DNA of 64,000 bases, from contig CAJYLB010000001.1 in NCBI GenBank assembly GCA_913775595.1, positions 372,001 to 436,000 on the forward strand, given 5' to 3'. Source of the stretch: an uncultured Aquiluna sp. (lineage in GTDB: Bacteria; Actinomycetota; Actinomycetes; Actinomycetales; Microbacteriaceae). The translations under genes were made by a program, and so were the position numbers. Positions 20,679 to 30,107 of the stretch are shown here, in pieces (the first letter of the stretch is position 1; the number at the start of each line of letters is the position of its first letter). The notes under the pieces were generated by a model. It had not been told where the DNA came from and did not search any database. It saw nothing but the letters and a program-made list of their open reading frames with translations.

Positions 20679-22325
20679 CTAGAGCTTTTTCTTGAGCTGC
20701 TTGGGCTTGCGCTTGGGCTGCTCCTCAATCGCGGGGGAGTGGTCAGCGTGCGCGAGCTCGTACTCTGCCTTTGAGACTGGAGCAATGCGGTCTTCGAAGT
20801 AGATCTTGGAGACTGCAGAGCGCAGTTTGGTTCCGAGGGTTATCTTCCCCTTCTTGTTAGGCCTAGGCATGATCGGCTCGTAGTCCTTGAAGTCAACCAG
20901 CTTCCACAGCTCGTACTTGTCAACTGGCTCGTGAACCTCGATGTATTCGCCGTGGGGGAGACGGACTACCCTTCCGGTCTCACGACCGTGGAGGGCAATT
21001 TCGCGGTCTTTACGCTGCAGGGCTAGGCAGGCCCGCTTCGTGACCCAGTAAGCAATCACCGGACCAATGATTAGCAGTACCTGCATTGCAGTGAGCACGT
21101 GGTTGAGCGACATCTGGAAGAAGATGGCAATCAGGTCCGTAGACGCTCCCGCCCACAGAACAGCGTAGAACGTAACTCCGGCAGCACCGATGGCGGTCCT
21201 GGTTGGGGCGTTGCGTGGTCGATCCAACACGTGGTGGTCACGCTTGTCACCAGTGACCCAGGCCTCGATGAATGGGTAGACGGCTACCAGCACCAGGAAC
21301 ACCAGGGAGATGACGATCGGAAGCATTACTCCCATTGGAATGACGTAGCCAAAAATGGTCCAGTCCAAGCCACCAGGAGCAAGTCGCAGCGCACCATCGA
21401 GCCAGCCGATGTACCAGTCGGGCTGGGTTCCGGCAGACACAGGCGATGGATCATAAGGTCCGTAGTTCCAAATTGGGTTGATGGTGAACAACGCCGAAAT
21501 TGCGGCAATGACACCGAAGACCAGGAAGAAGAATCCACCAGCCTTAGCCACGTACACCGGCATCAGAGGGTAGCCAACGACGTTGTCGTCTCGGCGACCA
21601 GGTCCGGGGTAGTGCGTGTGCATGTGGACAACCAGCAGCAACATGTGGGCTGCTATTAGCACGATGATTAGTGCCGGCAAAATCATGATGTGGAGCGAGT
21701 AAAGCCTCGGAATTACCTCTGTACCCGGGAACTCGCCGCCAAAGAAACCAGAGGATACGGCGGGACCGATTACCGGGATTCCCTTGATCATTCCGTCGAT
21801 AATCCTCAACCCGTTGCCCGAGAGCAGGTCATCTGGCAGTGAGTAACCGGTGAATCCCGCACCCATGCCCATCAGGAAGAGCAAGAATCCAATGACCCAG
21901 TTCAGCTCTCGAGGCTTACGGAAGGCTCCCGTAAAGAACACGCGGAGCATGTGAAGTCCCGAGGCGGCAACGAAGATTAGTGCGCCCCAGTGGTGAATCT
22001 GACGCATGATCAGTCCACCTCGGATGTCAAAGCTAATGTCGAGCGATGAGGCGTAGGCCACTGTCATCTCAGCACCCTTCAACGGCGCATAGCTACCGTT
22101 GTAGTAGGTGTGGGCCATGGAAGGCTCGTAGAAGAAGGTCAGGAAGGTTCCTGACAGCACCACGACCACAAAAGACCATAGGGCCACCTCACCTAGCATG
22201 AAGCTCCAGTGGTCGGGGAATACCTTGCGACCAAATTGCTTGATCACAGTACCCAGGGATAGGCGGTCGTCTAGGTAGTCGGCTGTCTTGCCTACCGGTG
22301 TCGTTGGTTCCGTTATTGAACTCAT
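20679..22325 (-). CDS. qcrB: Cytochrome bcc complex cytochrome b
   Basis: FPDHWSF, RQIHHW, GYSLPDD, QPDWY. Confidence 0.98.
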   Translation of the reverse strand: MSSITEPTTPVGKTADYLDDRLSLGTVIKQFGRKVFPDHWSFMLGEVALWSFVVVVLSGTFLTFFYEPSMAHTYYNGSYAPLKGAEMTVAYASSLDISFDIRGGLIMRQIHHWGALIFVAASGLHMLRVFFTGAFRKPRELNWVIGFLLFLMGMGAGFTGYSLPDDLLSGNGLRIIDGMIKGIPVIGPAVSSGFFGGEFPGTEVIPRLYSLHIMILPALIIVLIAAHMLLLVVHMHTHYPGPGRRDDNVVGYPLMPVYVAKAGGFFFLVFGVIAAISALFTINPIWNYGPYDPSPVSAGTQPDWYIGWLDGALRLAPGGLDWTIFGYVIPMGVMLPIVISLVFLVLVAVYPFIEAWVTGDKRDHHVLDRPRNAPTRTAIGAAGVTFYAVLWAGASTDLIAIFFQMSLNHVLTAMQVLLIIGPVIAYWVTKRACLALQRKDREIALHGRETGRVVRLPHGEYIEVHEPVDKYELWKLVDFKDYEPIMPRPNKKGKITLGTKLRSAVSKIYFEDRIAPVSKAEYELAHADHSPAIEEQPKRKPKQLKKKL

Positions 22326-22329
22326 TTGC

Positions 22330-23346
22330 TTACTTCCTCATGTCCCAGAATGATGGGCCAACTGGCTCCAGGAAGTCGCTTTGTGCGACCAGGTAACCCT
22401 CGTCATCCACAGCGATGGGGAGCTGGGGGAGAGGGCGAGCTGCAGGCCCAAAGACCACCTTGCAGTGGTCAGCCAGGTCGAAAGTCGACTGGTGGCATGG
22501 GCATAGCAGGTGGTGTGTGTGCTGCTCATAAAGAGCCACAGGGCAGCCCACGTGGGTGCAGATTTTCGAGTACGCGACGATGCCGTCATAACTCCAGTTG
22601 GCCTTTTCTGGGTCTTCTTTCAGGTCGCCAGGATTGACGCGGACCAAAAGAACCGCAGCCTTAGCCTTTTCCTCCAGTTTGTGCTCTTCCAAGTCCTTCA
22701 GCCCCTCAGGGATGACATGGAAGACCGATCCGATTGTTACCTCGGAAGCCTTGATCGGGATGCCGGTTGGGTCCTTCGTGAGCCTGGTGCCCGCGCGCCA
22801 CATCGTGTGCTTGAGGGTGTCGCCAACCTGAGGACCTAGGTCTCCAAAAATCACCACAGCAGGAATTGGGAAGAAGGCCAGTGCTCCGTATAGAGTGCGC
22901 CTGATGAGCTTCCTCCGGGTGAATCCCGCCTCGCCGTCTGCGAGTTTGACAATCTCGATTGCCTTTGCCCGAGCCTCGTCTGAGCTGCGGGATGGGTGGC
23001 GAGACTCGCTAATCTCGTTATCAGGCATCAGGGTCTTAGCCCAGTGAACGGCTCCAAAGCCAATGCCCAGCATAGATAGAGCCATGCCGAGACCCATCCA
23101 GAAAGCGTTATTTCGGGTCGCAGAGAGATCACCATCAACGATTGGGAAGGCGACGAAGCCCCAAACCGCAATGATTGCTCCCACAATTGAAACCAAGAAC
23201 ATGACTGAGATCTGGCGCTCAGCGGTCTTGGCGTGCTTTTCACTCTTATCGGTTAGGCGAACGCGATGTGGCTCGATGCCAGGATCGGCAATTGGGCGCT
23301 CGATATTGGTGGCGCTGCCCGAGTCAAACTTCTTGATCTCACTCAT
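22330..23346 (-). CDS. qcrA: Cytochrome bcc complex Rieske protein
   Basis: CTHVGC and CPCH boxes, internal RR motif, three TM segments. Confidence 0.97.
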   Translation of the reverse strand: MSEIKKFDSGSATNIERPIADPGIEPHRVRLTDKSEKHAKTAERQISVMFLVSIVGAIIAVWGFVAFPIVDGDLSATRNNAFWMGLGMALSMLGIGFGAVHWAKTLMPDNEISESRHPSRSSDEARAKAIEIVKLADGEAGFTRRKLIRRTLYGALAFFPIPAVVIFGDLGPQVGDTLKHTMWRAGTRLTKDPTGIPIKASEVTIGSVFHVIPEGLKDLEEHKLEEKAKAAVLLVRVNPGDLKEDPEKANWSYDGIVAYSKICTHVGCPVALYEQHTHHLLCPCHQSTFDLADHCKVVFGPAARPLPQLPIAVDDEGYLVAQSDFLEPVGPSFWDMRK

Positions 23347-24134
23347 TAGTTAGCCTTCGCTCCCAACCAAACCGTAATTGCGATGATGAAACCTAACCCA
23401 AAGATCCAGGTAAACAATCCCTCAGCTACCGGACCGATCGATCCAAGCTCAAAGCCACCTACCGAACCGTTCTCTTCAACGTACTTGAGGTAAGTGATGA
23501 TGTCTTTCTTGTCCTCAGGTGTCAGGTTTGCGTCATTGAAAACGGGCATGTTCTGAGGTCCGGTGACCATCGCTTCGTAGATGTGCTTTTCAGAAACGCC
23601 ATCTAGGCCGGGAGCAAACTTGCCCTCGGTCAGTGCACCGCCCGCTCCTACGGCGTTGTGGCACATCGCACAGTTAATGCGGAAGAGCTCTCCACCGTGG
23701 GTTGGGTCTCCGTCGGTCCTCAGGTACTCCTCGGGAGGAATTGCAGGTCCAGGAGCCAAGGAAGCCACATAGGCAGCCATTGCCGCAATCTGCTCCTCTG
23801 TGAACTGAACTGGCTTCTTGTAGAGCTGTGGGCCGGAGGCCTGTCCCGGCATGCGGCCGGTGCCGACCTGGAAATCAACAGAGGCTGCCCCAACGCCAAT
23901 CAGGCTGGGCCCACCAATTGCTCCCTCTCCGTTGGTGCCGTGGCAAGAGGCGCAGTTGGCTAGGAACAGCTTGCGACCCTCTTCAACCTGCTCAGGTGAG
24001 CCAAACTCCGCCTCAAAGGTCTGAGTGGCTGCTGCGTAACCTCCGCCGGACAGGATTAGTCCGAGGAAGATAACAACGCCAAGAGCCCAAGGGCGACGAC
24101 GCATCGGCTTCTGAGGGTTCAAATTGCTCTCCAT
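23346..24134 (-). CDS. qcrC: Cytochrome bcc complex diheme cytochrome c
   Basis: Two CxxCH motifs (CASCH, CAMCH). Confidence 0.97.
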   Translation of the reverse strand: MESNLNPQKPMRRRPWALGVVIFLGLILSGGGYAAATQTFEAEFGSPEQVEEGRKLFLANCASCHGTNGEGAIGGPSLIGVGAASVDFQVGTGRMPGQASGPQLYKKPVQFTEEQIAAMAAYVASLAPGPAIPPEEYLRTDGDPTHGGELFRINCAMCHNAVGAGGALTEGKFAPGLDGVSEKHIYEAMVTGPQNMPVFNDANLTPEDKKDIITYLKYVEENGSVGGFELGSIGPVAEGLFTWIFGLGFIIAITVWLGAKAN

Positions 24135-24139
24135 CTTGA

Positions 24140-24760
24140 TTACTTGAGTACGTAGACGACTAGGAATAGACCGATCCAGACCACATCCACGAAATGCCAG
24201 TAGTACGACGTGACGATCGCGCTTGTGGCTTCGCGGTGGCCGAAGTTCTTTGCCGCATAAGCACGTCCGATAACCAGCAGGAAGGCGATCAGACCGCCTG
24301 TTACGTGCAGGGCGTGGAAACCAGTCGTGATGTAGAAGGCAGAGCCGTAGGAGTTGCTGCTAAGAGTGACTCCCTCAGCAACAAGCTGCGCATATTCCCA
24401 GACCTGGCCCGCTACGAAGATGGCGCCCATGAAGTAAGTCAGGAAGAACCACTCGATCATGCCCCATTTAGCGGGGGAGAGGCCCGTTCTACGGGCCTGC
24501 ATGCGCTCCGCCGCAAACACTCCGAACTGAGCGGTAAAGGAGCTCGCCACCAGAATCAGGGTGTTCACCAGAGCAAAGGGCACATTCAGAATCTGGGTGT
24601 CATTTGCCCACAAATCTGGAGCGCCAGCCCTGAGCGAGAAGTACATTGCGAAGAGTCCGGCGAAGAACATAACCTCGCTGCCAAGCCAAACAATTGTCCC
24701 GACGCTAGTCGCGTTCGGCCTTTGAATGGTCATAGGAGCAGCAGGAGAGGTTGTTGACAT
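24140..24760 (-). CDS. ctaE: Cytochrome c oxidase subunit III
   Basis: [26 protein letters not shown]. Confidence 0.97.
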   Translation of the reverse strand: MSTTSPAAPMTIQRPNATSVGTIVWLGSEVMFFAGLFAMYFSLRAGAPDLWANDTQILNVPFALVNTLILVASSFTAQFGVFAAERMQARRTGLSPAKWGMIEWFFLTYFMGAIFVAGQVWEYAQLVAEGVTLSSNSYGSAFYITTGFHALHVTGGLIAFLLVIGRAYAAKNFGHREATSAIVTSYYWHFVDVVWIGLFLVVYVLK

Positions 24761-24864
24761 GCCTCAATTGTAACCGCTACCTAGCTCCGGAAGGGCCGTG
24801 CGAGGCCAATCTTGTCCAAAATTTCGACTACTTTGGCAGATTTTTTGGGCGTTACACTTTTCGC

Positions 24865-25932
24865 ATGACTCAGACCACTTGGCCAGACGTACTTGCGACG
24901 CTTCTTGCGGGGGAGAACCTGAGCCGCGAAGGTTCCAGCTGGGCTATGCGCCAGATTATGGCCGGTGAGGCAACTGAGGGCCAGATTGGCGCCTTCATGA
25001 TGGCTCTTCGGTCAAAAGGCGAGACAGTTGAGGAGCTGTCTGGACTAGTTGACGTGATGCTCGAGAATGCGCTCTTGCTTGAGACCGGCAGCGATGCTGT
25101 TGACATCGTAGGAACCGGGGGAGACCTGGTCGGCACCGTGAACATTAGCTCGATGGCCTCAATCGTCGCGGCAGCCAGCGGGATTCCGGTTCTCAAGCAT
25201 GGATCTAGGTCGGCATCAGGCAAAACGGGCTCTTCGGAGATGCTGGAAGTTCTTGGAATTCGGCTGGATCTTTCCCCAACGCAGGTCAAAGAGGTCTTTG
25301 AGGCAGCCGGCATCACCTTTTTCTTTGCGCCCGTATTCCACCCAGCAATGCGGTTTGTGGCGGCGGTTAGGAAGCAGCTTGGAGTCCCCACCACTTTCAA
25401 CTTCTTGGGGCCTTTGGCTAACCCCGCCCAGCCGGTGGCAACCGCGCTTGGCGTATCCGATGAGAAAATCGCGCCGCTGATGGCCGAGGAGCTTGCTCAA
25501 AGGAGAAGGTCCGCATTGGTTTTCAGGTCAAACGATGGCCTTGACGAGCTGAGCACAACCTCCACTGCGCGTATCTGGCAGGTTTCTGGGGGTGAGGTCT
25601 CGACTCATGAATTAGACCCTCAGGACTTGGGACTCGACAGAGCTGAAATTAGTCAGCTTCTTGGCGGTGATGCCAAACAGAATGCCATGGTTGCAAGCAA
25701 GCTCTTCGCGGGAGAGGCCTTTGGTAATTCCCAGCAGATTGCCGATGTGGTGGCACTAAATGCGGCTGCAGGAATCGTTGCCTACGAACTGTCGAAGGAC
25801 TCGAAACTTGCAAACTCTGATTTGACTGAGAGGTTCCAAAAGGCACTCGTTCGAGCGCAAGCGGCTCTTGAGTCCGGAGATGCGAAAGCGAAGCTCGAGA
25901 GCTGGACCTCGGCATCTCAGCAGGCCGGCTAA
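24865..25932 (+). CDS. trpD: Anthranilate phosphoribosyltransferase
   Basis: DIVGTGGD, KHG.RSAS, FNFLGPL.NP, GLDE. Confidence 0.97.
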   Translation: MTQTTWPDVLATLLAGENLSREGSSWAMRQIMAGEATEGQIGAFMMALRSKGETVEELSGLVDVMLENALLLETGSDAVDIVGTGGDLVGTVNISSMASIVAAASGIPVLKHGSRSASGKTGSSEMLEVLGIRLDLSPTQVKEVFEAAGITFFFAPVFHPAMRFVAAVRKQLGVPTTFNFLGPLANPAQPVATALGVSDEKIAPLMAEELAQRRRSALVFRSNDGLDELSTTSTARIWQVSGGEVSTHELDPQDLGLDRAEISQLLGGDAKQNAMVASKLFAGEAFGNSQQIADVVALNAAAGIVAYELSKDSKLANSDLTERFQKALVRAQAALESGDAKAKLESWTSASQQAG

Positions 25933-25979
25933 GAAGGCCTACAACCCACTATTGATGCGGGGAGGGGTCAAAAAACATT

Positions 25980-26007
25980 ACTTGACATAATGTTTATTAT
26001 CGGCCTT
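25980..26007 (-). other. dif: dif site (XerCD chromosome dimer resolution)
   Basis: Minus strand reads AAGGCCGATAA-TAAACA-TTATGTCAAGT: 11-6-11 layout with XerD-type arm TTATGTCAAGT, in the widest convergent intergenic gap. Confidence 0.85.
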
Positions 26008-26073
26008 ATATACATTTACCGAAGTCGCCTCTAGCCGCCCACCTGACAGGCCCGACGAGCCAGTCAATAACTG

Positions 26074-26679
26074 CTAAACCTTGCCGCTTTTATCAGCTAG
26101 TCCAAAAAGCCTCATACCAATCTGGTTCAGGTAACCGATACCCAAGGCAAAGATCAAAGTTCCTTCCCGAACCTGACCGCCGAGCAGGAAGCCGATGGTC
26201 ACGACGGTGATCTCAACAATTGACCGGGCTTGCCAAAATGGCAGCTTGAATCTCTGGGCAATACCCACGTTCAGGCCGTCTCTTGGTCCCTTCCCCATGC
26301 CGCAGGAGATATAGAGGCCAGTTGCGAAGGATATGACGACCATGCCGCCGAAAAACAGCAAAAGCTTGAGCCAATACGAATCGGGCGTGGGAAGGAAAAT
26401 CAGGGTCAGATCCGCAACCAGGCCAACCATGATGGCGTTCATGATCGAACCCAGACCTGGTTTTACTTTTAGAGGTATCCAGGAGAGCAGAACCAGAAGA
26501 CTTACTAAGACCGTCGCATAGCCAAACGACAGTGATGTTTGACGAGATATGCCCTGAGCGAGCACGTCCCAAGGTGCAAGGCCCAGCTGCGCATCAACTG
26601 TCATCCCGACCCCGACGCCGTAGATGAAAAGCCCCACGACCAACCTTAGAAAGCGGCTGGGAAACTTAGACTGAAGCAC
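26074..26679 (-). CDS. YczE/YitT family membrane protein
   Basis: LGLAPWDVL.QG, G.GPRDGL, GFLLGG.V..GT. Confidence 0.88.
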   Translation of the reverse strand: MLQSKFPSRFLRLVVGLFIYGVGVGMTVDAQLGLAPWDVLAQGISRQTSLSFGYATVLVSLLVLLSWIPLKVKPGLGSIMNAIMVGLVADLTLIFLPTPDSYWLKLLLFFGGMVVISFATGLYISCGMGKGPRDGLNVGIAQRFKLPFWQARSIVEITVVTIGFLLGGQVREGTLIFALGIGYLNQIGMRLFGLADKSGKV

Positions 26680-26700
26680 TGCTAAATGTTAGGGGTTCAA

Positions 26701-27465
26701 GTGTCGGAAACTGCCAGCTTTCCCTATTTTGATCCGCCAAAGCCAAGGCTGTTTGCCCATAGAGGCCTCGCGCAGCATGCAGGTTTAGACGAGAACACCA
26801 TCCCCGCCTTTCTGGCGGCCCTTGAGCACGGGGCCACTCACTTGGAGTCAGACACCCAGGCCACCGCGGATGATGTAGCGGTTTTGTTCCATGATGAGGA
26901 TCTCAATCGGGTCGCGGGCATCGATGCCAAGATTCGAGAGCTATCCCTCAGCGAAATCAAGAGCTTGAGGCTACAAAACGGTGGAGAAATCCCCACCCTG
27001 ACAGAAGCTCTAGAGGCCCTACCGAGTGCCAGGTTCAATCTTGACATCAAGACAAAACCCGCGATAACTCCAACCATTAGCGCTATTGAGGCCCTCGAGG
27101 CCCACGATCGCGTGCTTGTCTCAAGCTTTTCAAACCCAATTCGCAAGAGTGCCCTTAGGGATCTTTCCAAGCCGATCGCCACATCAGGCTCGCTTTCGAC
27201 TGTCGTTGCCGCCTGGCTAAGTCACCGTTTCCTGTTTGGACTGGGCTTTGCAGCTATCGTCCGGCACGTCCACGCATTTCAGGTCCCAGTTAGCAGGGGG
27301 CCCATTAAGTTTGCGACTAAAGGCTTCATTGGCCGGGCACAGCGACACCAGACTGAGATGCACTTTTGGACCATAAATGACCCTGCTGAGATGAGAAGAC
27401 TCATAGCGCTAGGTGCCGACGGCATCGTCTCTGATCGAGTGGATCTTTACGAAGCTGGCAAGTAG
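26701..27465 (+). CDS. Glycerophosphodiester phosphodiesterase family protein
   Basis: AHRG, ENT, ESD.QAT.D, HD, WTIND, GADGIVSD. Confidence 0.93.
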   Translation: MSETASFPYFDPPKPRLFAHRGLAQHAGLDENTIPAFLAALEHGATHLESDTQATADDVAVLFHDEDLNRVAGIDAKIRELSLSEIKSLRLQNGGEIPTLTEALEALPSARFNLDIKTKPAITPTISAIEALEAHDRVLVSSFSNPIRKSALRDLSKPIATSGSLSTVVAAWLSHRFLFGLGFAAIVRHVHAFQVPVSRGPIKFATKGFIGRAQRHQTEMHFWTINDPAEMRRLIALGADGIVSDRVDLYEAGK

Positions 27466-27532
27466 CTGAGAATAGGAAGGCTTCAGGACTTATCTAAGCC
27501 TGAGGCGGGTTCTCCCTTACAAAGGAGAACTT

Positions 27533-27892
27533 ATGGCTGAGACTATGCGCGGTATGAGACTGGGAAGCCAGTCGATGGAGTCTGATCGAGGTGTCGAGCT
27601 GTCAGAGCGGCAAAGCATTCATTTCCGTTGCCCTGAGAGTCATGAGTTTGAAATGGTGTTCTCCCTCACCGCTGAACTCCCCGACACATGGGAGTGTAAA
27701 AAGTGCGATGCCATAGCAACTCGGTTGGAAGAGGGCAAGGAAGTGGACTTGACTGCGGGTGAGCTCAGCGCACAGCGCAGCCACTACGACATGGTGCTCG
27801 AGAGGCGCACGAAGAAGGAGCTTGAGGCTTTGTTGCAGGAGGTCCTGGTGGACATGAGAAAGCGTCGCAGCGAGGGACGCCTTACCGCCTAA
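27533..27892 (+). CDS. rbpA: RNA polymerase-binding protein RbpA
   Basis: RG.RLG..S.E.DR, C..H/C..C, RSH.DM.LERR...EL. Confidence 0.95.
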   Translation: MAETMRGMRLGSQSMESDRGVELSERQSIHFRCPESHEFEMVFSLTAELPDTWECKKCDAIATRLEEGKEVDLTAGELSAQRSHYDMVLERRTKKELEALLQEVLVDMRKRRSEGRLTA

Positions 27893-28592
27893 ACAGCCTT
27901 TCAATCCCCCACCGGGTGCAGAGCAAAAACGCCTCAATTACGATGCCCAGCGTCATCTTGCTCTTCCCGCTCTCGCGCTCAACAAAGTGAATTGGAACTT
28001 CCACGATCTTCGCCCCAGACTGCGCTGAACGAAGGGTCATTTCGACCTGAAACCCGTAGCCATGTGCCCGCATCTTCTCGAGCGGTAGTTTCGCAAGCTG
28101 TCTCGATGAGTAAACCCGGTACCCGGCAGTGAGATCTTTGAGTTTGCTCCCGAGCATCGTGGCGGCGTAGGCATTGCCGATTCGAGAAATAAGAATCCTC
28201 GATGCAGGCCAATTCTTGACCTCTCCCCCAGCCGTCCAACGCGATCCAATTACCAAGTCATGAGCCTCAGCTTCGGCAAGCAAGGCTGACAGGTCCGAAG
28301 GGCGATGGGAGCCGTCAGAGTCCATCTGGACGATATGGGTAAAGCCCCTGTCCATTGCCCACCGAAATCCTTCGACGTAGGCAAGGCCAAGCCCTTTCTT
28401 GGCAGGTCGATGAATGACCGAAACCCTCCTATCTTTGCTTGCAATTCGATCTGCAAGCTTGCCAGTACCATCTGGGGAGTTGTCATCAATGATCGCCAGG
28501 TCAATCTCTGGCACCACCTTGAAAAGCTGTTCTACCGAGTGTTCCAAGACATCTATTTCGTTGTAGGTCGGCATGAGCACTACCGCTTTCAA
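27882..28592 (-). CDS. ppm1: Polyprenol monophosphomannose synthase (GT2)
   Basis: PTYNE, DDNSPDGTG, MDSDGSH, GY.FQVEM; next to lnt. Confidence 0.92.
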   Translation of the reverse strand: MKAVVLMPTYNEIDVLEHSVEQLFKVVPEIDLAIIDDNSPDGTGKLADRIASKDRRVSVIHRPAKKGLGLAYVEGFRWAMDRGFTHIVQMDSDGSHRPSDLSALLAEAEAHDLVIGSRWTAGGEVKNWPASRILISRIGNAYAATMLGSKLKDLTAGYRVYSSRQLAKLPLEKMRAHGYGFQVEMTLRSAQSGAKIVEVPIHFVERESGKSKMTLGIVIEAFLLCTRWGIERLFRR

Positions 28593-30091
28593 CGCCTACT
28601 CCTAGAAAGCTTTAGTGCGGCAAAGGCCAGAATTATCGCCGCAATAAGCCAGTCAAAGATCGCACCAATCGTCATTGCAGGCGTGTTCCCCGAGTACAGC
28701 GGTACACGCTCCACCATCGCAGCTGGTTCGTACCACTCCACCTGTGAGAGCACGTCTCCGTTTGGGAGGTAGATGACAGAAAGGCCGACGGTGGATATGT
28801 TGACCACGGCCCTGCCCGTTTCGATTGCCCTTAGCTGAGCAATTGCGGCCTGCTGGTAGGTCTCATCCGAGTAGCCAAAGTCGGCGTTATTGGTTTGGGA
28901 GAGAATCACCTGGGCCCCAGAGGTAGTCAGCTCCCGCAGGATGGAATCCTCGGCAATCTCGAAACAGATCAGAGTTCCGGCAACAAAGTCGTCTATTTCG
29001 TAGATGCCATCTCGAACACCAAAGCTGTAGCCCTTGGGAATCATGTCCACCAACTCCGGCGCGAACAATCGCCAGAATTCTCGGTCTGGGGCGTATTCAG
29101 CGAATGGCACCGGTTGTTTCTTGTCGTAGTAGTCAACAGGACCCACCCCAGGCAGCCAGAGAAGGGTCGAGTTGAAAGACTCATCCCCGCGAACTGTGAG
29201 TGTTCCGAAAACAAAAGGTGCGCCAACAGACTCTGCGACCTGATCAATCTGCTCCCTTGCAGAATTAGACCTTAGGGGGTCTATGTCGGAGGCATTCTCA
29301 GGCCAGACCAGAAGGTCGATTTCCTCCGCAAGCTTAGATTCGAACACGAGCTGGGTCGCGTCAATGTGATTTTGCAGGATGGTGCCCTTCTCGACATTGG
29401 AGAACAGCCCAGCATTTGCATTGCCCTGTACCGCGGCTATTACCTTCTCCCCCGCAGGTTCTGTCGTCAGCCCCAGCGGAGTAATGACGGGTATCAACAT
29501 GGTGGCAAGTGCAGTTGCCACAAACCCCCTCCTTGGCAGTTTGCGGTCACCGAAATGGCGAATCAGAAGTGCCAGCAACGCCCCCAGCAGGGCAATTACG
29601 AAGCTCAGTAGGCTGAGGCCTCCCCACCACACCCAGTTTGAGAAGATGCTGTCAGCCTGGGTCATGGCGAGCTTTGACCAGGGAAACCCTCCGTATGGGA
29701 AGTTGTTGGCAACGAACTCCCTGAGCGTCCAAACTCCGGCTGCAACGAAAGCGAACAGCAAGACATTGCTCCCCTTCGGCTTGAAGCGCAAATAGAGCCA
29801 GGAGGTGAGCGCAGTGCCAAGTCCAAAGTAAAGGGCCTCAAGAGTGCTTAGCGCCAGTAGTGGCACCGGTCCTAGATAAAGGGATATCCACTCAATGTGA
29901 GAGATGTAAAACGCTTGACCCGCAACGAAGCCGACCAGAAAGGACTTCCAAAAACCAATCCCAAGTGTGGCTAGCAGCACAAGAGCAGGAATTAGGGGCG
30001 CCAAAACCCAAATGTTCTCGGTTGGGAACGTGTAGAGCGCAACTAGGCCACCAATGACACCAAGCGGCACTCGCCACAGCAGTTCTCGCAT
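28589..30091 (-). CDS. lnt: Apolipoprotein N-acyltransferase
   Basis: GGFPW, WPEN, K...VPFAEY, ICFE, RAIETGR. Confidence 0.96.
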   Translation of the reverse strand: MRELLWRVPLGVIGGLVALYTFPTENIWVLAPLIPALVLLATLGIGFWKSFLVGFVAGQAFYISHIEWISLYLGPVPLLALSTLEALYFGLGTALTSWLYLRFKPKGSNVLLFAFVAAGVWTLREFVANNFPYGGFPWSKLAMTQADSIFSNWVWWGGLSLLSFVIALLGALLALLIRHFGDRKLPRRGFVATALATMLIPVITPLGLTTEPAGEKVIAAVQGNANAGLFSNVEKGTILQNHIDATQLVFESKLAEEIDLLVWPENASDIDPLRSNSAREQIDQVAESVGAPFVFGTLTVRGDESFNSTLLWLPGVGPVDYYDKKQPVPFAEYAPDREFWRLFAPELVDMIPKGYSFGVRDGIYEIDDFVAGTLICFEIAEDSILRELTTSGAQVILSQTNNADFGYSDETYQQAAIAQLRAIETGRAVVNISTVGLSVIYLPNGDVLSQVEWYEPAAMVERVPLYSGNTPAMTIGAIFDWLIAAIILAFAALKLSRSRR

Positions 30092-30107
30092 GCTCCCAGC
30101 CTAATTT

